Positions 1-9,691 of a stretch of DNA of 64,000 nucleotides are shown here, one piece after another. Numbering within the stretch: position 1 is the first letter of the stretch; each line of letters begins with the position of its first letter. A program made the position numbers and the translations under genes. This DNA is from a virus: positions 45,033-109,032 of IMG/VR virus record IMGVR_UViG_3300042880_000420; one strand, written 5' to 3'. A model generated the notes under the pieces. That model ran no database searches. It saw nothing but the letters and a program-made list of their open reading frames with translations, and had not been told where the DNA came from.

Positions 1-3000
1 GGAACCATCAATAATGTGTATCCTTCATATTGCGAAAAATCATAATTAATTTCTGCTAATTTATTAGGGCTAATTTGCTGACCTTTATCAACTTCAATAA
101 AACCATTACGTACTATTCCAAATACACCATGTCTGTTTTCCACTCCACCTTCTGAAACTTTAGGATTAATTCTATCTTTTAATAATCCTGCTGAATTTAC
201 TGTAACAATTATTCCCATTGATTTATCTTCTATATTACCAGATAAAACAAAGGTAGGATTTTTAGCATGATTATCCAACATAAGTTTTCTAAAAGCACGG
301 TTAATCTTTAGCTGATTAACAAGAGTTGGAGGATTATCCATATCTCTTTCATTCTCAGGAATTACAATATTAACATATGTTTTTCCAATCTTTTTAGAAA
401 TCCAGTCTGGAGTGTGAACATTCCCTATTAATGTTTCTTTACCGTTTATTAAAGTGTATATTCCAATATTTGCTTGATCATAATTTACATCAGGTTCAAT
501 CACTTTAAAATAAACTGATTTGCCCGGTAGAAATTCTGGAGTTGCAATATAAAATACATATGAATTATTTACATCGCTTCTCTCATATCTTAATACGTTA
601 GGAGAAACTTCCACCACATTATAATTATGTGTTCTTTGAGCTAAAGATAAAGCGGGTGCAACTTGTTTAAATCCTTCTTGAAATTTAACGTCAGAATTTT
701 TACTTATATCATCAAGTGTTTTCTTTGTTCCAGTAAATACTTGATTAATATCTTCAACAACAAACTCTTCTTCTGTAGTTGTAATTTCTTTACCACCTTC
801 TAAAGCAGCTAGTTCTGCATCATAATTGTCTAGTAAGTTTTTAGAAGCGATATTATACAAAGTAGTAAACTCAGGAAAACTTATTGTTTTTCTATTAATA
901 ACAATACCTGTTCCATTAGAACTAGGGGTTTCCCATTGTCCAATATAAAAAGTTTCTGATTCAGAAATAAGACGTGTATTTGCAACTACATCGTTTAAAG
1001 TTTTTACTCTACTTTCTAAAGATGGAATATCTGCTTTGTTAGCTCTAGGATTAGATTTGATTTCTTCTAATCTTTTTTCAGTATCAGCTAAGTCTTTTTC
1101 AGCTTGTCTAAGCTTTTCACTTGCCTTATTTTTTACATCAGCTCTAGCATCTGTAGAAACAGGAGCTGGTTTTTCTTTTTGAACAACCCTTGTGACTGTT
1201 ATTTGTTCATTAGTTTCTGCATCATAAAATTTACCGTCTTCTTTTTTAAGAAATGAATATATTTCACCGTCAATGTCATCATTAAATTTATAATAAATAA
1301 TATTATTTTCGGCTGTTATTATTGTAATAGGCCTGCCATTTATTTTTAAATCACCTTCTTTTTTAGTTTCCTCTTTCTTTTTTTCTTTCTTAATTTCTTC
1401 TTTTTTGGTTTCTTCTTGTATTACAATTTCTTCTTCTCCTTTATAAATAAGCTTATCTGATTCTTCTTTTATTTCTCTTGCTTTATCTAAATCATCAACA
1501 ATAAAAACCACATTACCCGTCGGAGTGAAAACACCATACATACCATTTGCTTCTACAATAAAATGCTCATCAGATTTAACAAGACCGGCTTTAATCTGTT
1601 CTTGTGCTGAATCATAAAGCATTTGATAATATGCAAGTTGAGAACCAACAATCATTCTTTCATACACCTGATTAAAATATTCAGGATTAGAAAGCATATT
1701 TACAGCATCAACGTGTTGTTGAAATTTGTTATTTAATTTTATATAATCATTAAAGTCAACAAAAAGATCTTCAACTTCATTTATATTAATTACAGATTCT
1801 TTTCCAAATTCTTTATTTTTTAATTCAAGATAGGATTTAAATGCTTCATAAGATTTAGAAACTTTAATTTCATCTATAAGTTCATCTTTGTTATTTAACC
1901 AATCGGTAATTGCTTGTTTTTGTTTTTCTTTTAATTCAATTTCATTTCTTAAATCTTTTTTACTTTCATCAGAAATACCTTCAGATTTAAGTTGTTCTTT
2001 TTTAGTAGATATTTCAATTTCTAATGTCTTTATTTCTTTTTCTATATTAGCATCAGAACCTAAAATATTATATGCAGATGCTAGAGAAGACCCAAGAGTT
2101 TTATGAGAACTTGCTTTACTAAAAAGTTCTCTTGATCTATCAATTGCATTTGTTGCTTTAAATTCATTTCCAGCAAGAACATCAATCATACTATTAAGAG
2201 CTTGTTTTTTATAAAGCTCTTTATTGTATTCTTTTGTTCCAAATTTATATCTATTGGGATTAGAAATAGCTCCGTATTTTTCCTGTAATTTATTATAAGT
2301 TTTTGCATATGACTCCACTGCATTTGCAACTTTATCAGTGTAATCCTGTGCAGATTTTTTATTTTCAGAAGTATAATCAAGACCGACAAATGCTTGTTCA
2401 AATTCTTCTTTAGACATGTTTTTACCATACTCCCTAAGAGTATCTATCAATGCCTCATGTGTATCATTTCTTACAGCTTGTGACACCATGCTGTGTAACA
2501 TATCTGTACGAATGTTTTCATAAGCAAATTTATCTCCAAGTTTAGCTGCTTCATCTAATGCACTTGCTCCTTCTTTTTGTACATTAAAATTTTTAATAGA
2601 TTCTGAAAAAAACTTAGAAGGATCTTTTGCTATTATATTAAATTCATTATAATAATTTTTTAATTTATCTTCAGATTCTTTTTTATTCTTAAAATATTCT
2701 GCTTTTTGTTCTTCTGTAAGTCCGGCTGTTTTATATTTATCAGATACTGTTTCACCAATTTTTTTTAATCCTTTTTGTGTAAGTACAGTGGGACCATGTA
2801 TAATCATACCTGTTAAAGCACCAGATGCAAAAGTTTTTAAACCTTGCATATTCATTTGTGATTTAATAGCCCTATCTAAACTTTCTTCTTCACTTACAGT
2901 AGTATTGGGATCAAAACTTGCTTTATATGAATTTAAATAATAATCTTTATAATATTCATTAGACCCCTCTTGTAATAATTCTTGTATACCTTCTGTAACT

Positions 3001-4484
3001 TCAAATTTTAAAGCTGGTTTCATTATAGATTTAGCAAGAACTGTCCTTGCTTTTCTTGTACCAAAATCAGCTGCAATAGTTTTGTAATTAGAAAGTATAC
3101 CACCAGTATAATACTGTGAAGTTGTTCTACCGTTTATTTTACCTAACACTTTAAAGCCTTTTTCACCAAGATCTTCTCCAAACTGAGAAAGTATTCTTGA
3201 TGTTGCTTTAGAATTCTTAAATACATTATCAAACATTATACGATTTGATACAGCTAATACAGCAGAATTAAAATTAAAATTTTTATCAGCGGCCTGCATT
3301 GCCACATTCTGCATTTTTTGAAGTTGTTCATCTGTTGCATATACACCCTTATTATTAAAATAATCATCTTGCATTTGATTATATAAATCACCAAATGTAC
3401 CAGCAGCTTCCATTCTTGCTTCTGTAAATGCAAAATTTGCTTCAGATAATGTACGCTTTAATCCACTAACTCCCACTTTAGCAATGTCACCAGCAAGCTT
3501 AGTTCCTGACAATCCCGCTAATTTACCTGCTTCATATGTTTTGCCAATATCCATTGCAATATCTACACCTGGAATTTTTTGACCAACAGATGAAAAAAAG
3601 TTTTTTAATACAGCTTCATTTTTCCAAATGTCACCTAACTTTTTAAGAGCTTTAAAGTTTTTTGCAGCATCATAAAATTCTTTACTTTTTTGAAACATTC
3701 TTGCAACTCTTCCAATATTTGCTGCAAGTTTAACATCAGCAGTAGTTTCAATTGCTGCTGCACCAGGCGCACCAACTCCACTAATAACCAAAGCAGCTTC
3801 AATGGCTTTTGTTAATAATTGTTCACTTAACATTTGAGCACCAGCACCAACCGTAAAACCAGCTTGTTGTAAAAAGTTTCCAAAAGTTTGTCTATTCCAA
3901 AACGTATCAGTTCCTTCTTTTGTAGCATAGATTGGATTGGAATTCATAATATCTTTTAATGAATCATCCAGCTCTAACATAGATTGTGCATCACCATGTA
4001 ACCTATCCCAATCCCAATGAATTAAAGCATCTGTCATTCTACCCCAACCTTTCCATCCATCTGTAAATCCATTATAAGCAAGTTTACCCATTCCTGAAAA
4101 ACCGTTAGAAAGTACTTCAGACCAAGATTGATTCTGACCATATCTTTCTTCATTATCACCCGTCAATGATATACCAAGTTTATAATAATCAGGAGATGAA
4201 ACATATCGTGCAGTATTAATTTCATCTGCATTATAAGTTATAGGACTACCCATAAATCTTTCAGTGCCAGCAGAATTAAACAATCTACTGATTTCGCTGG
4301 CTACAGGACTTGTAGTTTGTTTAACACCACTATAAGAATATGGAAAATCAATATTACCATATCCTACTTGTGGAACTTGAAATTTTAATCCATCATTAGA
4401 TATGTTAGGTTTAACAATATCTCCTGTAGGTGCAAGTAATTTTTCAATTGCAAATGGATCAAATGTTGATTGAGGTGCAGCCAT
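1..4484 (-). CDS. Giant virion (cargo/ejected) protein, >1490 aa, 3' end beyond the window; position matches the large virion RNA polymerase-associated genes of crAss-like phages
   Basis: Absent from the ORF track because it runs off the edge. ATG at 4484 (MAAPQSTFDPFAIEKLLAPTG...). Frame spot-checked open at 3-80, 798-824, 1081-1170 and 3950-4484. Follows the cargo genes. No RNAP catalytic motif recognised in this part. Confidence 0.8.
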   Translation of the reverse strand, partial: MAAPQSTFDPFAIEKLLAPTGDIVKPNISNDGLKFQVPQVGYGNIDFPYSYSGVKQTTSPVASEISRLFNSAGTERFMGSPITYNADEINTARYVSSPDYYKLGISLTGDNEERYGQNQSWSEVLSNGFSGMGKLAYNGFTDGWKGWGRMTDALIHWDWDRLHGDAQSMLELDDSLKDIMNSNPIYATKEGTDTFWNRQTFGNFLQQAGFTVGAGAQMLSEQLLTKAIEAALVISGVGAPGAAAIETTADVKLAANIGRVARMFQKSKEFYDAAKNFKALKKLGDIWKNEAVLKNFFSSVGQKIPGVDIAMDIGKTYEAGKLAGLSGTKLAGDIAKVGVSGLKRTLSEANFAFTEARMEAAGTFGDLYNQMQDDYFNNKGVYATDEQLQKMQNVAMQAADKNFNFNSAVLAVSNRIMFDNVFKNSKATSRILSQFGEDLGEKGFKVLGKINGRTTSQYYTGGILSNYKTIAADFGTRKARTVLAKSIMKPALKFEVTEGIQELLQEGSNEYYKDYYLNSYKASFDPNTTVSEEESLDRAIKSQMNMQGLKTFASGALTGMIIHGPTVLTQKGLKKIGETVSDKYKTAGLTEEQKAEYFKNKKESEDKLKNYYNEFNIIAKDPSKFFSESIKNFNVQKEGASALDEAAKLGDKFAYENIRTDMLHSMVSQAVRNDTHEALIDTLREYGKNMSKEEFEQAFVGLDYTSENKKSAQDYTDKVANAVESYAKTYNKLQEKYGAISNPNRYKFGTKEYNKELYKKQALNSMIDVLAGNEFKATNAIDRSRELFSKASSHKTLGSSLASAYNILGSDANIEKEIKTLEIEISTKKEQLKSEGISDESKKDLRNEIELKEKQKQAITDWLNNKDELIDEIKVSKSYEAFKSYLELKNKEFGKESVININEVEDLFVDFNDYIKLNNKFQQHVDAVNMLSNPEYFNQVYERMIVGSQLAYYQMLYDSAQEQIKAGLVKSDEHFIVEANGMYGVFTPTGNVVFIVDDLDKAREIKEESDKLIYKGEEEIVIQEETKKEEIKKEKKKEETKKEGDLKINGRPITIITAENNIIYYKFNDDIDGEIYSFLKKEDGKFYDAETNEQITVTRVVQKEKPAPVSTDARADVKNKASEKLRQAEKDLADTEKRLEEIKSNPRANKADIPSLESRVKTLNDVVANTRLISESETFYIGQWETPSSNGTGIVINRKTISFPEFTTLYNIASKNLLDNYDAELAALEGGKEITTTEEEFVVEDINQVFTGTKKTLDDISKNSDVKFQEGFKQVAPALSLAQRTHNYNVVEVSPNVLRYERSDVNNSYVFYIATPEFLPGKSVYFKVIEPDVNYDQANIGIYTLINGKETLIGNVHTPDWISKKIGKTYVNIVIPENERDMDNPPTLVNQLKINRAFRKLMLDNHAKNPTFVLSGNIEDKSMGIIVTVNSAGLLKDRINPKVSEGGVENRHGVFGIVRNGFIEVDKGQQISPNKLAEINYDFSQYEGYTLLMV

Positions 4485-4490
4485 TATTTT

Positions 4491-7400
4491 TTATTTAGTA
4501 GTATTAAATACACTATTATACTCTTTATCTAATTTATCTCTTAATTGTTTCTGAGCATAATTTAAATCTTGAACAGGTGTATATGTTCTTTTTAAAATAG
4601 TTGAATTTTCATAAGATTGTGTATTAACGCCTTTTCTTAATGCATCAATAAAATCTTCTACAGTGACTGTATTAGGCATATCAACAAATGATGTTTCATC
4701 ATAATTTGTATTTCCAGTATAATCTTTCCAATTATATGTTAAAACATTATTTGTTGGATCTTGCTGTACAATTTTATATCCTGCTTTAAATTTAATATTA
4801 CCAGTTGTAATATCTTTATATATTTCATATTTTAATCCAAAGTCTTCATCTGTCTTTGAAGATTTGACTGTTCCATTACTTAATAATAATGAATAAAAAT
4901 GATCTTGATATGGATTAGGCATTCCAGGAACCATTGCCTCATTTCTAAGTTGAAAAGTTATTTCTCCATTAAAAAAATCATACTTTGATCTATCTTTTTT
5001 ATCAATATTTTTTAATAATTCGTCTTTATTATATGTAAAAGTAATATTTCTTTTTGTAGGATCAGGACTTCCCATATTGTGATATTTAAGAGATGTCAAT
5101 CCAGCAGCAGGATCAGAAACTATTTTTGTGATAAGTTTTTGAAGTTTATCTTGCTGGTCTTCATCATATCCAACAATAACATATTTATCATCTTCTATAT
5201 CTACAATATTATTAATATTTGTAAAAACTTGTTGTGCTATTCTATCTGCGTAATCTGTTCTATCAGTGGGACTAGACATGTATGTAATTGTCTTGCCCAT
5301 TTTACCCGTTTCTTCACTGATTGTTTTTTGTAAATTTTCAGGAATAGCACTTTTAAGTAAACCATATCCTTTATCTAATTTTTTTCTAACTTCCTCAGGC
5401 TTTCCATAATCTCTTACAATACCCGTAATGTCATATGTTTGTCCATTTTTATCTGTTGCAGTATAACCTATAATAACTTTACTTTTTACTGAAATATTTG
5501 TTGTTGGTGATGTATATGTAATTTCTTCTTCATATATAGGTTCTGGCTTTAAGGTTCCATTTACATATGCTTGTGCAATTTCTAAAGGAAGTTTAACGCG
5601 CTTATTATTTACAGTGAATTCACGAATATTACTTAAATTTTCAGCAGTGAATAAAAGACTCTTACCATTTTTATCTTTAATGGTAATGTCTTTATATTTT
5701 TCAGGATTTTTTTCAACCTGTGCTGCAATTCGTTCATCATATTGCTTTCTTAAAGCATATGCATTATTTAGTTTATTTCTTGCAGATTGTAATTTAGTGT
5801 ACGTCTGATAATTTGAATTAATTCTATTTTGTAAACTTGCATCATATTCATTTTTTGCAAGCATATCGTTTAAATTGTTTATATCCTTTTCAACCGTTTG
5901 AGAATAATAATCACTAACTGCTGACAAAGCAACTATTGGACCAGTGAGTTTAACAGGTTTAAGACCTGCTCCTTCTAATTTAGTATTTAATTTGCTTTCA
6001 ACATCTTTTAATGTAGTCTGATAATCCTTACTCATTGTACTTGGGTCATTTGCAATTGCAGAAAAAATGAACCCAACTTCTTGAGGTGAAATAACATCCT
6101 GTAACATATTAATAGGAACACTTTCTAATACAGATTTCATTTCCTGTAATCCAGTGGAATGCATACTAGTTATTGCAGAATTAAAAGTTTCAACATCTGA
6201 CTCAATTTTATTTGCATTTGTTGTAGCAGTTACTGTAGGAATTATATTTTTTAAAGCAATTGGTTTTCCACTTGCATCATATTCTACATTTTCACCACCG
6301 CTTTCAATTGATTTTTTTGTTTCTTCCCAATTTTGTTTTCTAACATTAAGAGAATGTGTTTGTGCAAATTCTGTTGCTTGACGTTGCTCAGATATATTAT
6401 TCCAGTATGACTGATCTGTAGTAATTTCTAAAGATTGTTTACTTGCTGCACTCTTAGCAGCAACTTCCATATCTTTATCCATTTTAAGATTTGCAAAAAA
6501 TGCAGTGGGGCTAGTGCTAATTCTTTTTATTATTTCATCATATTTAATTTTATCTTCTTCATTTCCTACACCTTTTGTTTTTAACAATGAAGTTTCTTTT
6601 TCTAATTCTTTTATTCTTTTATTTATTTCACCACCTTGTGTAATATATTGTGAATATAAATCTTCATTGCTATTTCTTGCGTTATCTGCATTAGTTTGTG
6701 CAATAATACGACTATCTTTTAAATACTTAATTTTATCATCATAACTTTTTATTTGTTGATCAATATGATATTTTGGAAGCATAGATATTGCTTCTTCATC
6801 AGATATTTCAACACCTTTAAATTTTCTTTCATCATCTTTTATATCTTGAATACCTTGAATTTTAAAATATTCACCGTACATACTATATTGATCATTTGCA
6901 GATTCGCCTAAATATGTTTTAAACAAATCAGCAAAAGATTTATATAATCCGTCTCCATTTACTTGTTTATAAATACGACCATTTTGCGACCAACTTAATT
7001 CTTGTTTCCATTCATTTTTTTTAATCCAATCCTGAAATTCTTTTGGATGATTTTGTAACGGTGTTGCTTTTATTAAAGGCACTTGATTAATAATATCAGG
7101 ATCATCTGCTGTTTTAATTTTATTCATATAATAATTCATCACCGTAATAGGTGTATTATTATCATAGTCAGGATGTTCTTTTTTAATTTTTTCTTGTTCT
7201 GCTAATTGAGCATATCTACTTTTTGTATCTGCTATATGAGCTAACATTGTTTTATCCTCCCAAAAAGGAGAATATAAATTTTCAGCAGAATCTACATTTG
7301 ATTGGATGGAAAGATCTGTAGTGCTGATTGTTTTTAATTGATCTTTAATTTGATTCAAATAATCATCTCTTCTTTTGCTATATTTATCATTTAATATTGG

Positions 7401-7559
7401 TGTATTTAATATACTTTTAAATCCTTGTGAAATTTGTTCATAATTAGTTTCATACCTAGCTGTTGCCTTTTGTAAAGCATTTGCTAAGTATGGAAAATTA
7501 GGAGTGTATTGTACAGGATTAAAACCGTTATCTGTAACACCAGGCAAATATGTACTCAT
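4491..7559 (-). CDS. Large virion cargo/internal protein (1022 aa)
   Basis: Long helical/coiled-coil ORF between the GG-motif cargo genes and the giant protein, matching crAss-like gene order. Confidence 0.65.
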   Translation of the reverse strand: MSTYLPGVTDNGFNPVQYTPNFPYLANALQKATARYETNYEQISQGFKSILNTPILNDKYSKRRDDYLNQIKDQLKTISTTDLSIQSNVDSAENLYSPFWEDKTMLAHIADTKSRYAQLAEQEKIKKEHPDYDNNTPITVMNYYMNKIKTADDPDIINQVPLIKATPLQNHPKEFQDWIKKNEWKQELSWSQNGRIYKQVNGDGLYKSFADLFKTYLGESANDQYSMYGEYFKIQGIQDIKDDERKFKGVEISDEEAISMLPKYHIDQQIKSYDDKIKYLKDSRIIAQTNADNARNSNEDLYSQYITQGGEINKRIKELEKETSLLKTKGVGNEEDKIKYDEIIKRISTSPTAFFANLKMDKDMEVAAKSAASKQSLEITTDQSYWNNISEQRQATEFAQTHSLNVRKQNWEETKKSIESGGENVEYDASGKPIALKNIIPTVTATTNANKIESDVETFNSAITSMHSTGLQEMKSVLESVPINMLQDVISPQEVGFIFSAIANDPSTMSKDYQTTLKDVESKLNTKLEGAGLKPVKLTGPIVALSAVSDYYSQTVEKDINNLNDMLAKNEYDASLQNRINSNYQTYTKLQSARNKLNNAYALRKQYDERIAAQVEKNPEKYKDITIKDKNGKSLLFTAENLSNIREFTVNNKRVKLPLEIAQAYVNGTLKPEPIYEEEITYTSPTTNISVKSKVIIGYTATDKNGQTYDITGIVRDYGKPEEVRKKLDKGYGLLKSAIPENLQKTISEETGKMGKTITYMSSPTDRTDYADRIAQQVFTNINNIVDIEDDKYVIVGYDEDQQDKLQKLITKIVSDPAAGLTSLKYHNMGSPDPTKRNITFTYNKDELLKNIDKKDRSKYDFFNGEITFQLRNEAMVPGMPNPYQDHFYSLLLSNGTVKSSKTDEDFGLKYEIYKDITTGNIKFKAGYKIVQQDPTNNVLTYNWKDYTGNTNYDETSFVDMPNTVTVEDFIDALRKGVNTQSYENSTILKRTYTPVQDLNYAQKQLRDKLDKEYNSVFNTTK

Positions 7560-7569
7560 TTCTATGTAT

Positions 7570-7626
7570 TATATTATAAATATACTTTATAAAGTTAAGA
7601 CTAAAAAACCAAACTTATTAAGTTTG
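7570..7626 (-). promoter_or_regulatory. Putative late promoter (GTATATT) with palindrome CAAACTTATTAAGTTTG
   Basis: GTAWATT at 7579-7585 recurs before many late genes; palindrome at 7610-7626. Confidence 0.45.
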
Positions 7627-9681
7627 TTATACTTGATTTCTAGACTTTCTCCTTCTTGTTTGGTCATTCGTCATTCCTTGTTGCATTTTCATATAATCTA
7701 GATAATCACTTACACTCATATCAGCATCTTTTGCTGCTTGTGCAATATCTTTTGCACTCATTTTTTCTGTATCAGATTGACTATTAAAAAATGCCTGCAT
7801 AGATTTAGGACTATGAAAATATATAGTTCCAGTTCCAGGTCTAACACCATAATAAGGACTTTCAGTCAAACTCGTATTATAAAGATTAGCTGCATTTCTT
7901 TGACCTTGTGTATAAGCTTGCAAAACACCTGTACGTGCTTGTCTCATTGCATTTTGATATTGTTGTTCATTAATTACACCAGCATCATATAAACGTTTAG
8001 TACGTTGTGCATCATATGCTATTTGTTTATTAGTAATATCAGCTGCTTGACTAGCTGCTGCATTTCCTAATTGAACATTTAAATTAGATGTTTTTCCAAT
8101 GGCATTTGCTACACTAGCAAGTTCTTGACCAACAGGAACTGTTCCTAAATTTTGTTTTCCTGCAAACATGTTACGTGCTTGTCTATTTGAATTTGCTATT
8201 TCATTAATAGCAGCTAATTCTCTAGCTGAATCATAATATCTTGTTTCAGGTCTTTGAAATTTAACAGTAGGTTCAAAAGGTGTAAATCTTCTTACACCAG
8301 TTAAATTTTTAAGTGAATTTAAAAGAATTGCATTATCAGGATTTGTCCAACCATATTTAATTGGAGATCTATTATATGTCGTTATATCATTATTTTTAAT
8401 TTTACTTTCATTATCAAAATTAAAAGTATAAGGATTATTTTTTAAATAATTATGTAATAATACATTAGAACCAATAAGATTACCATCTTTATCAGTAAAT
8501 TTACTTTTTTGTTTTTCTTCATCTGAAAACAAACTAGCATTTTGAAGTCTATTTATTCCTTGTTGATTTTGTTCTAAAGCCGTTTGATAATCAAAAGATT
8601 TTGTAAAATCAGGAACATCAGATTGTGGAATTGTTAATTCGTATGGATTTTTCTTACTATTAATTTTTGAAGATAGATTAATTCCATTAGTTATGTTATC
8701 ACTTTCCACCTCACTTCCTTCTTCATCACCAATATATCTTTTTAAATTCATACCACCATATTTCATTCTACCACCATACATCATATCACCACCATACATT
8801 GCTTCCTGTGGGTTTTCTTCCATTTGTTCTTGAGATTCAACATCAGAAGCTTGCATCATCTTTGCATAATATTCTTGTGCAATATTGGGAATACCTTGCG
8901 GATATCCTTTCTTACCTTCTTGTACAAGAGCAAGTTGTGCTAATTTCTTATTATAATTTTGAATCATCAGCTCTGCTGTACGTTTCTTAATAGAATCAGC
9001 TCTAGGATCTTCAAGTATAGCTTTATATTTATTAAGATCATATTGTTTAGCTATTTGTGCCGGAGTAAATTTTTTAGATGATTTTTCAGACTTACCAAAT
9101 ACGCTAAGAACAGAACCACCAAGTTTCATCTTCTTTGTATCAGAAAAAATAAATGTACCTTCAGGAACATTTAATGGTACACCACCTTGCGTATGTCTTT
9201 TACCTTTTATATTGTAATGACTTTTAGTTCCATCTTCTTTTGGAATTACAGCAGTTTCACCACCTTCTGCTTCAATATTTGCATGCTCTCTTGGAACAGC
9301 AGACAACGTATTATTAACATCTAACTCTTCATCAGTATCTTGATTCATCCAAAGTCTTCTAGAACCAAGATCTAATCCATATCCCATTTGACCACCATAA
9401 GCAGCAGTTTGCATATCATATCCCATATTAGAATTTTGGTCTTGTGATTCAACACCTTGCAATTCTTGATACATTTGCATAATGGTTTGTTTTTGTTCTT
9501 CTTCTCCCATTTGTTGAAGTTGTTGAACAATTTGTTGTGCATCAACACCATTAGCTTCAGCAAATGCTTGTATAACTTGCATAATTTGCTCTTGAGGATT
9601 ACCACTTTGTTGTTGCATTGTCATATCTCCACCATCTTGATATTTAGCAGGATACTTTTTTATTTTGACTTTGTATTTCAT
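7627..9681 (-). CDS. Virion cargo protein with xxGG repeats (684 aa)
   Basis: ANIEAEGGET...GKRHTQGGVPL segment typical of crAss-like structural/cargo proteins; repeated YQDGG, AYGG, MYGG, KYGG. Confidence 0.7.
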   Translation of the reverse strand: MKYKVKIKKYPAKYQDGGDMTMQQQSGNPQEQIMQVIQAFAEANGVDAQQIVQQLQQMGEEEQKQTIMQMYQELQGVESQDQNSNMGYDMQTAAYGGQMGYGLDLGSRRLWMNQDTDEELDVNNTLSAVPREHANIEAEGGETAVIPKEDGTKSHYNIKGKRHTQGGVPLNVPEGTFIFSDTKKMKLGGSVLSVFGKSEKSSKKFTPAQIAKQYDLNKYKAILEDPRADSIKKRTAELMIQNYNKKLAQLALVQEGKKGYPQGIPNIAQEYYAKMMQASDVESQEQMEENPQEAMYGGDMMYGGRMKYGGMNLKRYIGDEEGSEVESDNITNGINLSSKINSKKNPYELTIPQSDVPDFTKSFDYQTALEQNQQGINRLQNASLFSDEEKQKSKFTDKDGNLIGSNVLLHNYLKNNPYTFNFDNESKIKNNDITTYNRSPIKYGWTNPDNAILLNSLKNLTGVRRFTPFEPTVKFQRPETRYYDSARELAAINEIANSNRQARNMFAGKQNLGTVPVGQELASVANAIGKTSNLNVQLGNAAASQAADITNKQIAYDAQRTKRLYDAGVINEQQYQNAMRQARTGVLQAYTQGQRNAANLYNTSLTESPYYGVRPGTGTIYFHSPKSMQAFFNSQSDTEKMSAKDIAQAAKDADMSVSDYLDYMKMQQGMTNDQTRRRKSRNQV

Positions 9682-9691
9682 TATTGTAAAT

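Noticed and set aside
1-4484. Definite RNA polymerase call for the giant ORF
   Set aside because: No catalytic DxDxD motif recognised in the visible N-terminal part; only position supports the idea
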